A stretch of DNA of 64,000 nt. It comes from an uncultured Planctomycetia bacterium (GTDB taxonomy: Bacteria > Omnitrophota > Gorgyraeia > 2-02-FULL-51-18). The stretch's first letter is position 1; each line of letters begins with the position of its first letter. Both the position numbers and the translations under genes were made by a program. Below the pieces are notes generated by a model. The model made no database searches. It saw nothing but the letters and a program-made list of their open reading frames with translations, and was not told the DNA's origin. Positions 45,284 through 54,415 of this stretch are shown here, piece by piece. The stretch is taken from NCBI GenBank assembly GCA_964431835.1, contig CAYSKO010000005.1, positions 52,167-116,166 of the forward strand, given 5' to 3'.

Positions 45284-45385
45284 GTGATTCTCCTTTAATT
45301 GTCGTGCGTTTGATGGGCCCCCGGCGCCAGGCGCCGCGTGAGGCCGTTCGAGTGTATTATACAGCCCAGTTCGGAGAACGGAAAG

Positions 45386-45631
45386 TCAGATCTGCTTTCC
45401 GGACCGGTACAGGGCCACGAGATCGTCGTAGCCGCCTAAGGACTCGCCGTCCACAAAGATCTGCGGGACCGTGGTGCGGCCCCCACTCATCTCGACGAGC
45501 TTATCGCGAGCCGCAGCGTCATCGCTGACGTCAATTTCGCGGAACTTCACTTTCTTTGCGGTCAGAAAATCCTTGGCCGCGCGGCAGAACGGGCAGTAGT
45601 CGGTCGAGTAGACGACGACGTCCTTGGTCAT
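45386..45631 (-). CDS. grxC: Glutaredoxin
   Basis: CPFC active site. Confidence 0.9.
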   Translation of the reverse strand: MTKDVVVYSTDYCPFCRAAKDFLTAKKVKFREIDVSDDAAARDKLVEMSGGRTTVPQIFVDGESLGGYDDLVALYRSGKQI

Positions 45632-45632
45632 C

Positions 45633-46484
45633 TCAGTCCTTCGGTTCGGCCTTTTTCTTCGGGCCGCCGCGGGCGCCGATGCCGGCCGCTTCGCGGAGCG
45701 CCGCCACTTCGGAGTGCGTGAGCTCCCGGCGCTGGCCGGGTTTCAGCCCTTCGACGGTGACGGGACCGTACTGAATCCGCTCGAGGTCCGTGACAAAAAA
45801 ACCGACCGACTGGAAAATGCGGCGGATCTGGCGCTTTTTCCCCTCATGGAGCGTGATGAAGAGCGTCGTGTGCAGGGCGTCGCGCGATTCGAGGTCGATC
45901 TTGCACGGCGCCGTTTTGCCCTCTTCCAGCTCGACGCCCTTCGCGAGCCGGCGAAGCGCCTCGTCCGGCACCGCTCCCTCGACGGCCGCGCGGTAGCGCT
46001 TGGTCACGCCGAAGCGGGGGTGCATGAGGCGGAACGCGAGCTCGCCGTCGTCGGTCATAAGGAGAAGCCCCGTCGTATCGCGGTCGAGCCGCCCCACCGG
46101 GAAGAGCCGCGAGGGCACATCCCGGAAGAAATCGGCGACCGTGTGCTCGGCATTCGGGTCCTGCATCGTGGTCATCACGCCGCGCGGCTTGTTGAGCATG
46201 AAGTACCGCGGGTTGCGAGGCGCCGAGATGTCGAGCGTACGGCCTTCGACCTCGATCACGTCCTTGTTCGGGTCGACGCGAAGCCCTTTTTCGCGCACGA
46301 CTTCGCCGTTGACCTTCACCAGGCCGCCTTCGATGGCCTCGACCACGCCGCGCCGGCTCCCGATCCCGAAACGCGACAGCGCCACCTGAAGACGTTCGGT
46401 CCCCGCGTTTTCCTTAAGCGGCTTGAACGAGGTCTTCTTGGCCGGAGCGGGTTTCGATTCCGGGGCGGGCTGCGGTTCGGGCAT
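45633..46484 (-). CDS. rluB: Pseudouridine synthase, RsuA/RluB family (S4 domain plus catalytic domain)
   Basis: RLDRDTTGLLL catalytic Asp motif. Confidence 0.8.
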   Translation of the reverse strand: MPEPQPAPESKPAPAKKTSFKPLKENAGTERLQVALSRFGIGSRRGVVEAIEGGLVKVNGEVVREKGLRVDPNKDVIEVEGRTLDISAPRNPRYFMLNKPRGVMTTMQDPNAEHTVADFFRDVPSRLFPVGRLDRDTTGLLLMTDDGELAFRLMHPRFGVTKRYRAAVEGAVPDEALRRLAKGVELEEGKTAPCKIDLESRDALHTTLFITLHEGKKRQIRRIFQSVGFFVTDLERIQYGPVTVEGLKPGQRRELTHSEVAALREAAGIGARGGPKKKAEPKD

Positions 46485-46486
46485 CG

Positions 46487-48313
46487 TTAGGAGTCCCGCT
46501 TCGTGCGCTTGCGGACCGTCGGATCGAGCTGGCGCTTGCGCAGCCGGATCGATTTCGGCGTCGTCTCGAGAAGCTCGTCGGGACCGATGTACTCGATCGC
46601 GAGCTCCAACGTCAATTCGCGCGGAGGCGAAAGGACGATCGCGTCATCCGAACCCACCGAGCGCATGTTCGAGAGCTTCTTCGTCTTGCACGGCGAGATG
46701 TCGAGATCCTCGTCGCGCGAGTTCATGCCGATGATCTGGCCCATGTACACTTCGACGCCCGGGGGCACGAAAAGGTCGCCGCGCTCCTGGACGTTGCAAA
46801 GGCCGTAGGCGTTCGTCATTCCCGTTTCGCTCGCGATGAGCGAGCCATGCGGCATAGCGCCCATGTCCGAGTTTTCCATCGGACCGTATTCCTCGAACAC
46901 GTGGTGGACGATCGCCGTGCCGCGCGTCTTGGTCATGAGCGCGCCTTTCAGGCCGATCACGCCCCGGGTCGGGATCCGGTATTCCAGATGGATTTCCCCC
47001 GTCGGCGCCTGCGAAAGGTTCTTCAGCTGGCCGCGGCGGCGTCCCACCTCTTCGATGATCGTGCCCTGGTATTCGGAGGGCACGTCGATGATGAGAAGCT
47101 CGTAAGGCTCCTGCTTCTTTCCGTCTTTCTCGTGGAAGATAACCTGCGGCTGCGACACCTGGAGCTCGTACCCTTCGCGGCGCATCTGCTCGATCAAGAT
47201 CGCCAAGTGAAGCTCGCCTCGGCCGGAGACGAGCAGCGTATCGGGGCTGCCGGTTTCGGTGACGCGGAGCGACACGTTGGTCTCGAGTTCCTTGAACAGG
47301 CGATCGCGGATCACGCGCGATGTCACGTACTTGCCCTCTTTGCCGGAGAACGGGCTCGTATTGACGCCGAACGTCATCTGGACGGTGGGTTCGTCGATCG
47401 TCGGCGGCTCGAGCGGCCTCGGATTCTGCGGATCGGTGATGGTCTCGCCGATGCCGAGCGATTCGAATCCGGCCAAGGCGACGATGTCGCCGGCGAAAGC
47501 TTCGTCGACCTCGACGCGCTCCAGACCCTCGTACGAAAGGAGGCTCGTGACCTTCGCGGTCACTTTGCTTCCGTCGCGGCGAACGAGCATCACGTTGTCG
47601 TTCTTCCTCAGTCTTCCGCCCGAGATCTTGCCGATTCCCATCTTCCCCTTATACGAATCCTGCGTAAGCGCGAGGATCAGGAGCTGGAGCGGGTCTTCGA
47701 CCTTGGCGGTGGGAGGCGGAACTTCGCGGATGATCGTATCCAGAAGCGCGTCGATGTTGTCCGAGGGATTCTTCATGTCCATCGTGGCGGTCCCTTTCAG
47801 GGCCGACGCGTAGACGATCGGAAAGTCGAGCTGCTTATCGTGCGCGTTCAGCTCCACGAAGAGATCGAACGTGCGGTTGACGACCTCGTCGATTTGCGAA
47901 TCAGGACGGTCCACCTTATTGATGACGACGATCGCGCGGTGGCCGATCTCAAGCGCCTTGCGGAGCACGAAACGAGTCTGCGGCATCGGGCCGTCCTTCG
48001 CGTCGATGACGAGGAGGACGCCGTCCACCATGCGGAGCGTGCGTTCGACTTCGCCGCCGAAATCCGCGTGTCCCGGGGTGTCGACGATGTTGATCTTCGT
48101 TCCCTTGTACGACACGCTCGCGTTCTTGGCGCGGATGGTGATACCGCGTTCGCGCTCCAAGTCCATCGAGTCCATGATTCGCTCACCCATGTCTTCGACG
48201 TTGCGGTGCACTCGCGTCTGACGCAGGATCGCGTCGACGAGCGTCGTCTTGCCGTGGTCAACGTGCGCGATGATTGCGACGTTTCGGATCTGTGTTGCTG
48301 CATTCGTTTCCAT
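46487..48313 (-). CDS. typA: Translational GTPase TypA/BipA
   Basis: [21 protein letters not shown]. Confidence 0.95.
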   Translation of the reverse strand: METNAATQIRNVAIIAHVDHGKTTLVDAILRQTRVHRNVEDMGERIMDSMDLERERGITIRAKNASVSYKGTKINIVDTPGHADFGGEVERTLRMVDGVLLVIDAKDGPMPQTRFVLRKALEIGHRAIVVINKVDRPDSQIDEVVNRTFDLFVELNAHDKQLDFPIVYASALKGTATMDMKNPSDNIDALLDTIIREVPPPTAKVEDPLQLLILALTQDSYKGKMGIGKISGGRLRKNDNVMLVRRDGSKVTAKVTSLLSYEGLERVEVDEAFAGDIVALAGFESLGIGETITDPQNPRPLEPPTIDEPTVQMTFGVNTSPFSGKEGKYVTSRVIRDRLFKELETNVSLRVTETGSPDTLLVSGRGELHLAILIEQMRREGYELQVSQPQVIFHEKDGKKQEPYELLIIDVPSEYQGTIIEEVGRRRGQLKNLSQAPTGEIHLEYRIPTRGVIGLKGALMTKTRGTAIVHHVFEEYGPMENSDMGAMPHGSLIASETGMTNAYGLCNVQERGDLFVPPGVEVYMGQIIGMNSRDEDLDISPCKTKKLSNMRSVGSDDAIVLSPPRELTLELAIEYIGPDELLETTPKSIRLRKRQLDPTVRKRTKRDS

Positions 48314-48332
48314 TTATTCTCCTAAAAATCAC

Positions 48333-48373
48333 GAAACCCTCGCTCGGGCCGAACGGCGCGAGTCGAGGGTTTC
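48333..48373. terminator. Hairpin GAAACCCTCG...CGAGGGTTTC followed on the minus strand by TTTTT; cspA terminator
   Basis: 10-bp stem between cspA and typA. Confidence 0.5.
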
Positions 48374-48418
48374 GGAGTCGGTCGAGACTCGCCCTAAAGC
48401 GAGCACGGCCAGGCTCTT

Positions 48419-48625
48419 TTAAGCGGTCCGCATCACGTTCTGGGCTTGCTCGCCCTTGGGGCCGTTCGTCAGTTCGAACTCGACGGTCTCACCCTCGCGA
48501 AGAGTCTTGAAACCCTCGCCTTTGACGGCGGAAAAATGCACGAAAACGTCCTTATTGCCGCCTTCCGGGGTGATGAATCCGTAGCCCTTTTGATCGCTGA
48601 ACCACTTCACGGTGCCTTTGGCCAT
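48419..48625 (-). CDS. cspA: Cold-shock protein
   Basis: [16 protein letters not shown]. Confidence 0.95.
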   Translation of the reverse strand: MAKGTVKWFSDQKGYGFITPEGGNKDVFVHFSAVKGEGFKTLREGETVEFELTNGPKGEQAQNVMRTA

Positions 48626-48801
48626 GCTTTGAACCCTCTCGAAAATTTCTAAATTGCTTAAGATGCCGGCAAAAAAATGGGCCGCGAATCGATCATTCGC
48701 AGCCGCTCTCGTCGCTCCGCATCAACCGATTGTTCCTATCACTTACGCCCGAAAGTGTATCAAAAACGGGTACCGAAGTCAACCGTAAACGGGAGGTTTT
48801 G

Positions 48802-48810
48802 TGGTAGAAT
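48802..48810 (+). promoter_or_regulatory. Extended -10 element TGgTAGAAT 6 nt upstream of the dusB ATG
   Basis: tggtagaat-acgcgg-ATG geometry, no SD. Confidence 0.35.
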
Positions 48811-48816
48811 ACGCGG

Positions 48817-49830
48817 ATGCTCAAATTAAAATCGTTGACGCTCAAATCAAGCGTGATCTCCTCCCCCATGGCCGCCTGCACGGATCTTGCTTACCGCATG
48901 ATTTCGCGCGAACACGGCCTCGAATTTTGCTTTCTCGAGATGGTCGCCGCCGAATCGCTCGTGCGCGATAACAATGCTACTAAAGAACTTATGAAAACGA
49001 TCCCCGAGGACAAGCCTCTGGGTGCCCAGCTCGTCGGGTGCCGTGCCCAAGCCATGGGCGAAGCCGCGGGAATGGTCGAAGCCATGGGCTACGACCTCCT
49101 CGACCTCAACCTCGGCTGCCCCGTCCCTAAAATCGCTGGCAAAGGCGCAGGGTCGGCCCTCCTCGCCCGCCCGGACGAATGCCGGGAGATTTTCACGGCC
49201 GTCGTCCGGAACGTGAAACGGATCCCCGTTACCGTCAAAATGCGCCTCGGAGTCTCGGATGCGAGCGGGGCCGAGGCCGCCCGCGTGGCGAAGATCGCGG
49301 AGGAATGCGGGATTACCGCCGTTTCCGTGCACGGGCGCACGCGCGTCCAGGGCTATTCCGGCCAAGCGGACTATCACGCGATCGCGCGCGTCAAGGAAGC
49401 CGTCTCCATCCCCGTCATTGGCAACGGAGACGTCTGCTCCGGCGAGGACGCGCGGCGCATGCTTGCGATCACCGGCTGTGACGGCGTCATGATCGGCCGC
49501 GGCGGCATGGGCAACCCTTGGATCTTCAAAAGCGTCGAGAACGTCCTCGCCGGCAAGGACCCGCTCCCCGAGCCTTCGGCCGAAGACAAAAAGAAGGCAC
49601 TTTTGCGCCACCTCGAACTCGAGCTTCTCTACCGCGAGGAGCGCTCGGTCCTCTACTACATGCGCCGCATCGCCTGCTGGTACTTCAAAGGGCTTCCGGG
49701 CGTCGCCGAATTCCGCGGGAACATCAACACGGCGGAATCCATCGCCCAGGTGAAGGATTATATCCGGAACTTCGAAGTGGTGGCGGGCGCTCCGCCCGAG
49801 ATCGGACCGGAAGACCGCTTCGAGGGGTAA
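48817..49830 (+). CDS. dusB: tRNA-dihydrouridine synthase B
   Basis: SPMAACTDLAYR, NLGCP motifs. Confidence 0.9.
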   Translation: MLKLKSLTLKSSVISSPMAACTDLAYRMISREHGLEFCFLEMVAAESLVRDNNATKELMKTIPEDKPLGAQLVGCRAQAMGEAAGMVEAMGYDLLDLNLGCPVPKIAGKGAGSALLARPDECREIFTAVVRNVKRIPVTVKMRLGVSDASGAEAARVAKIAEECGITAVSVHGRTRVQGYSGQADYHAIARVKEAVSIPVIGNGDVCSGEDARRMLAITGCDGVMIGRGGMGNPWIFKSVENVLAGKDPLPEPSAEDKKKALLRHLELELLYREERSVLYYMRRIACWYFKGLPGVAEFRGNINTAESIAQVKDYIRNFEVVAGAPPEIGPEDRFEG

Positions 49831-49832
49831 AG

Positions 49833-49904
49833 AAAAACGCTCTCTATTTGCGCTACGGGAACACATTCGTGTTCCCTCGTACGCTGCAAATAGAGAGCGT
49901 TTTT
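49833..49904. terminator. 72-nt imperfect palindrome (AAAAACGCTCTCTATTTGC ... GCAAATAGAGAGCGTTTTT) with T-runs on both strands; bidirectional terminator for convergent dusB and greA
   Basis: Outer 19-nt arms are exact reverse complements; an inner hairpin is nested inside. Confidence 0.6.
49850..49884. repeat. 35-nt hairpin element, copy 1 (nested inside the large palindrome)
   Basis: gcgctacgggaacacattcgtgttccctcgtacgc. Confidence 0.5.
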
Positions 49905-49965
49905 CTTTTCCTTCCCAGACCAAGAGCAGGGTGGCGGAAAAGCGGAAGGCCTCTTTTGTTTTTTA

Positions 49966-50002
49966 GCGCGTACGAGGGACCACGAACGGGGTCCCGTAGC
50001 GC
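49966..50002. repeat. 35-nt hairpin element, copy 2, inverted relative to copy 1 (30/35 identity to its reverse complement, stem-preserving changes)
   Basis: gcgcgtacgagggaccacgaacggggtcccgtagcgc. Confidence 0.5.
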
Positions 50003-50039
50003 AGAAAATTAAAAAGGGCCTCTCGCGTAACCGATTCGG

Positions 50040-50516
50040 TCAGTCGCGATTGATCTTAAGGACCTTGTACTTGAGGATTCCTGCGGGGATTTTGATCTCT
50101 GCGGTCTCGCCTTCGCGGAGGCCGAGGAGGCCTTTGGCGATCGGCGAGGCGACCGAGATTTTATTCTCGTCGAAATTCGCTTCGTCCTGGGGAACGATCC
50201 AATAAGTGAACTCCTCGTCGTGCTTCAGATCCTTAAGGAGCACTTTCGCGCCGATGAAAACCTGGTCTTTCGGAATCTTGGAATCGTCGATGAACTCGGC
50301 GTTCGTCAGGCGCTCTTCATAATCGGAGATGCGCTTCTCGTTCATCGCCTGGTTGTTCTTGGCCGCGTCGTACTCGGCATTTTCCTTAAGATCGCCGAAC
50401 GCGCGTGCCTTCCCGATATCCTCGGCGATTTCGCGGCGCTTGGTGGTCTTGAGGTGCTCAAGCTCCTTGCGGAGCTTCTCATACCCTTCCCGGGTCATCA
50501 GTCTTTTATCGTTCAT
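50040..50516 (-). CDS. greA: Transcription elongation factor GreA
   Basis: MTREGYEKLRKELEHL... Confidence 0.95.
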   Translation of the reverse strand: MNDKRLMTREGYEKLRKELEHLKTTKRREIAEDIGKARAFGDLKENAEYDAAKNNQAMNEKRISDYEERLTNAEFIDDSKIPKDQVFIGAKVLLKDLKHDEEFTYWIVPQDEANFDENKISVASPIAKGLLGLREGETAEIKIPAGILKYKVLKINRD

Positions 50517-50546
50517 AACAGCAATATTGTACCACAGGCGCCCGCC

Positions 50547-53500
50547 TTAAGTCGCAGAGGGTTCCGTTTGGGCTCCCTGGCTCTCCAGAACCTGCTGGCG
50601 CAAGTCGTTGGCGATCGCCGCGTGCTTGGAGGCGAGCTCCTTGAGACCTGTCTTGTCCGCGCACTCGGCCAGAAGCGCGTGGGCCACCCCGTTTTCCGGG
50701 TCCACCTCCACGATTTTCTGGAAGTAAGCCCGCGCGGCACCGTATTCCCTCGCCTTGAACTTGTCGCGGCCCATCCGCAGGAGCGCCAGGATGCGGCGAC
50801 GCAGCTGCACATCCACGTACATTTGGCGCGCCTCGAGAAACGAGGTGTCCTCGGGATTGATCCGCGCCGCGGATTCGAGAAGATCGAGTGCTTCCGCTTC
50901 GCGGCCTTCCGCGAGAGCGAAACGAGCCATGTCCGAATAATTCTTCGCGTACATCGGATTCAGGTCGATCGCTTTCTTGAGAGCGTCCACCGCCGTCACG
51001 ACGTCCCCCATTTGGAAACTGAGACCCGCGATTGTGTTGTGCCATTCGACGTCGCGCTGCAAGATCGGATTTTGTTGGAGGCGGATGCGCAGCTTGGCGC
51101 GTCTGAAGCCGCTGCCGATCTTCCGTTTGAAAGGCGTCGACGGACGGATACGCGCGTATTCACGAATCGCCCGGCGGTAGTGCCCCTGCGCGTCGTACGT
51201 GAGCCCAATCGCGTACGGGATCCTCGGCTCGCGCGGCGCCAAGCGGCGAGCCTCGCGAAAATCGTCGAGCGCGCGGTCGTAGTTCTGCGCGGCGTAGGCG
51301 TCCATGCCATGCCGGTAATAGATGTTCCAAATGTGGGGCGAGCCCAGGATCTTCTCGCGCGTCCACCCGGTGAACTCAGGGAAAGGATCCTGGCGTTTCA
51401 GCGAGTAGAGCCACTTCGAGATGTCCTCGCTCGTGGCTTTATAGAGATGTTTCGGCGCGTTGTATTCCAGGCGCAGGCGGTCGTCGGTGTTGAGGCGGAT
51501 GCGGCCCGGAAAAGCCGCAAGGGCAGCGCGGAGATCGCGGTCCGAAAGCATGAACGAGCCCAGAACGAAATGCTCGGCGTGCGGGGAGAAATATTCGATG
51601 TCGGAACGGGTCGAAGGGTTTTCGCGGATGAGCCGCATCATGCGGCCGTAATCGAACGTCAGAGGCTTCTTCGAACCTAGAAGAAGGTAGTCGCTATCGT
51701 TGACGCGGTACATCTCCGTGTGCGGGAACGACGATGAGAAGGTTTTGGCCACCATGAGGAAGTCCTCGAGGGACATCTGATAGGACTGGAGCCACTGAAG
51801 ATATAGACCGTCGTCCGAGAGCTTTTTCTTGGCGAGCTCGTAGTTCTCCGTCGAGAAAAGATTCGAAATGCCGGATATCCACGGATTGGAGGGCTCGGAG
51901 ATGATCACGTCGTAGGTGTTCTTCGTGAACGCGATGTGGTTTCGTCCGTCGCCGATGACCACCTTCACGCGCGGATCCTTCAGCGCGAAATTGTTCTCGG
52001 TCGCGAAGTAGCGGTTGGCCTCCACGACGGCGGGTTCGATCTCAACCATTTCGACGGCCTTCACGCTCTTGAACTGGGTGACCGCTCCGAGCGTGACGCC
52101 CGAACCCAGGCCGATCACGAGCACATTTTCGGGATTCGGATGCGCGAACATCGGAATGTAGCCCGAGTAGAGCTGGGTCGCCATGTCGCCGATCGTCGAC
52201 GCGTCGGTCTTACCGTTGACTCGGAGGGATTTAGACGGCAACTCGTTGTTCGGTGCCGACGGCGAATTGTACTGGATGACGGTGACGGTCGAAGAGATGC
52301 CGTCCTTGTAATACACGAGCTTGTGATTGGAAGCGAGCGCGCGTTCGAAGCTCTGCTTGCCGCCGAGTGCCGCGCGCGTCCATGTCGACGCGTAAAGGAA
52401 AACGCCGCTCGAGAATATCTCGCGGTTCCACGGATACAGGAGAAAAACCGCGGCCAGGGCGAACGCGACGAGGGTCTTGCCGGCGTTCAACTTGAAGTTA
52501 GGCCGCTGAGTCCCCTTCCAGACGAGGGCGGCTCCGGTCACGATGCTGAAAACGCTGACGAGCTGGAGCGTGCCATTCAAACCGATGCTTCCTATGAAGA
52601 AAAAAGCTCCCACGAAGGAGCCGGCGACGCCGCCGAGCGTATTGGCGGCGTACGTCGCGCCGACCACGCGGCCGATGTTCTTCGGACGACCGACGTAATA
52701 GAGCGTCGCCGGAAACACCGTGCCCATCAGAAAAGTCGGAACGATCATGGCCATCGCGGAGAAGAAGAATTGGGCGGTGAATGCGGTGAACGTGGAGATC
52801 GTGATGATCGGGAAAGCGAGCACGTAATAAAAGACGATCCATTCGAAGACCGGAATAAAGAAAAGGACGCTTAGTCCTACCGCGATCTCGAGGAAACCGA
52901 GCGAGGCGAGTGTGAACGGCACGCGGCGCGCCGCGAACTTCGACACCGCCCAGCTGCCGAGACCGAGGCCGGCGAGGAACGTCGTCAGCATGGCCGAGAA
53001 CGCGTAGGTGGACGAGCCCAGGATCAGCGCCATCGTACGCGTCCAGCAAATCTGGACCACGAACGCCACGAACCCGTGGACGACCATGAGAGCGAGGATG
53101 AAAAGGAAAGTCGACTGCGGAAGCGGGGCGTCGGCAGGCGTCTCGGAAATTGTCTCCGTTGCGGGCGCGGCGGCGCCCCTCTCGGCGCGCATCACGTACG
53201 CGAAAAGACCCAGATTCACGGCGGCCGCGGCGATCGACGTCAGCCAGATACCGAGGTTTGCCAGGAGAATGAAGCCTGAGGCGAACGTGCCGGCCATCGC
53301 CCCGAACAGATTCATCGCGTAAAGCCGGCTCAAATTATCTTTCATCGACGCGTCGTCGCGGCTCAAATAACGGCTGAGGAGAGGTAGCGTGCCGCCCATG
53401 AGAGTGGTTGGCACGATGAGCACGAGGAAAGACATCGCAAAACGGATGACGGAAATCGTCAGGAAATCATGGTGAAAACGAAGGTAGATCGATTCGTATA

Positions 53501-53792
53501 CGGGATGAAGAAGCCGGATGATGAGCGGGAAAACGAGTGCGAAGAGTGCGATCCCGGCCTCGAGGCAGGCGTAGAGCTTGAGACCCGATTCGGGACGGCG
53601 GTCGGCGAGTTTACCGAAGAAGTGGCTGCCAATCGCCAGACCCGTCATGAACGCGGCGATGACGGAGGCCGAAGCGAGCGTGGTATTCCCGAAGATCAGG
53701 CAGGCTTGCTTCGCCCACACGACCTCGAAGACAAGCGCCGTGAAACCCGAAACGAAAAAGAGGAAAAGCACGTTGCGATATTTGAGTAGCAT
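50547..53792 (-). CDS. Large fusion protein: N-terminal polytopic membrane domain, spermidine synthase-like aminopropyltransferase domain, C-terminal TPR repeats
   Basis: VLVIGLGSGVT...ISEPSNPW spermidine-synthase motifs; TPR-like YDAQGHYRRAIREY repeats. Confidence 0.7.
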   Translation of the reverse strand: MLLKYRNVLFLFFVSGFTALVFEVVWAKQACLIFGNTTLASASVIAAFMTGLAIGSHFFGKLADRRPESGLKLYACLEAGIALFALVFPLIIRLLHPVYESIYLRFHHDFLTISVIRFAMSFLVLIVPTTLMGGTLPLLSRYLSRDDASMKDNLSRLYAMNLFGAMAGTFASGFILLANLGIWLTSIAAAAVNLGLFAYVMRAERGAAAPATETISETPADAPLPQSTFLFILALMVVHGFVAFVVQICWTRTMALILGSSTYAFSAMLTTFLAGLGLGSWAVSKFAARRVPFTLASLGFLEIAVGLSVLFFIPVFEWIVFYYVLAFPIITISTFTAFTAQFFFSAMAMIVPTFLMGTVFPATLYYVGRPKNIGRVVGATYAANTLGGVAGSFVGAFFFIGSIGLNGTLQLVSVFSIVTGAALVWKGTQRPNFKLNAGKTLVAFALAAVFLLYPWNREIFSSGVFLYASTWTRAALGGKQSFERALASNHKLVYYKDGISSTVTVIQYNSPSAPNNELPSKSLRVNGKTDASTIGDMATQLYSGYIPMFAHPNPENVLVIGLGSGVTLGAVTQFKSVKAVEMVEIEPAVVEANRYFATENNFALKDPRVKVVIGDGRNHIAFTKNTYDVIISEPSNPWISGISNLFSTENYELAKKKLSDDGLYLQWLQSYQMSLEDFLMVAKTFSSSFPHTEMYRVNDSDYLLLGSKKPLTFDYGRMMRLIRENPSTRSDIEYFSPHAEHFVLGSFMLSDRDLRAALAAFPGRIRLNTDDRLRLEYNAPKHLYKATSEDISKWLYSLKRQDPFPEFTGWTREKILGSPHIWNIYYRHGMDAYAAQNYDRALDDFREARRLAPREPRIPYAIGLTYDAQGHYRRAIREYARIRPSTPFKRKIGSGFRRAKLRIRLQQNPILQRDVEWHNTIAGLSFQMGDVVTAVDALKKAIDLNPMYAKNYSDMARFALAEGREAEALDLLESAARINPEDTSFLEARQMYVDVQLRRRILALLRMGRDKFKAREYGAARAYFQKIVEVDPENGVAHALLAECADKTGLKELASKHAAIANDLRQQVLESQGAQTEPSAT

Positions 53793-53836
53793 AGAGCCTC
53801 TGAAAAATAGATTTATTTAAGTGATACTATACAATA

Positions 53837-54415
53837 CTATTCAGTCATAATCAAATTTAATTTGCGTATCCGGGACGCCAGGCTTTCCATGGGAAGCCCG
53901 ACGGCGTTCGAGAAGGAACCTCTCAGCTGCGCGACGATGTTTGTCGTGGACTGGATCGCGTAGGCGCCGGCCTTGTCGAGGGGAGAAATCTTGCGAAAGT
54001 AGCGCCGGATGTCCGCCTCCTCCATCGGACGAAGACGGACCAGCGTCTTTTCGACGTACACGGCACGTGCGGCCACGCGGCCGTCGATCATCGCTGCGAG
54101 TGCGACTCCCGTGTAAACGGCGTGCCAGCGGCCTTGGAGCGACCGGAGGGTACGTACCGCATCGGCCATGTCGCGCGGTTTTCCGATGGTTCGTCCGCGG
54201 AACGCGACGACGGTGTCCGCCGCGAGGATGAGGCCGTTCTTCACCCGCGGCGCCGCGGAGAGCGCTTTCCCCCACGCGTGCGTCCGGACGAGCCGCCGGG
54301 GCGTCGCGCCGCGGATCGGGCGCTCTTCGTAATCGGGCCGCACGAGACGGTAGCGGAGGCCCGCGGCGCGAAGAAGCGCTCGGCGGCGCGGCGACGACGA
54401 CGCGAGGTGGATCAC
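53837..54415 (-). CDS. maf: Maf-like nucleoside triphosphate pyrophosphatase
   Basis: GTG 54415 is preferred as start: it overlaps the upstream stop (GTGA) and gives the canonical N-terminus IHLASSSPRR. The track start 54463 would overlap the upstream gene by 52 nt. Confidence 0.75.
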   Translation of the reverse strand: MIHLASSSPRRRALLRAAGLRYRLVRPDYEERPIRGATPRRLVRTHAWGKALSAAPRVKNGLILAADTVVAFRGRTIGKPRDMADAVRTLRSLQGRWHAVYTGVALAAMIDGRVAARAVYVEKTLVRLRPMEEADIRRYFRKISPLDKAGAYAIQSTTNIVAQLRGSFSNAVGLPMESLASRIRKLNLIMTE

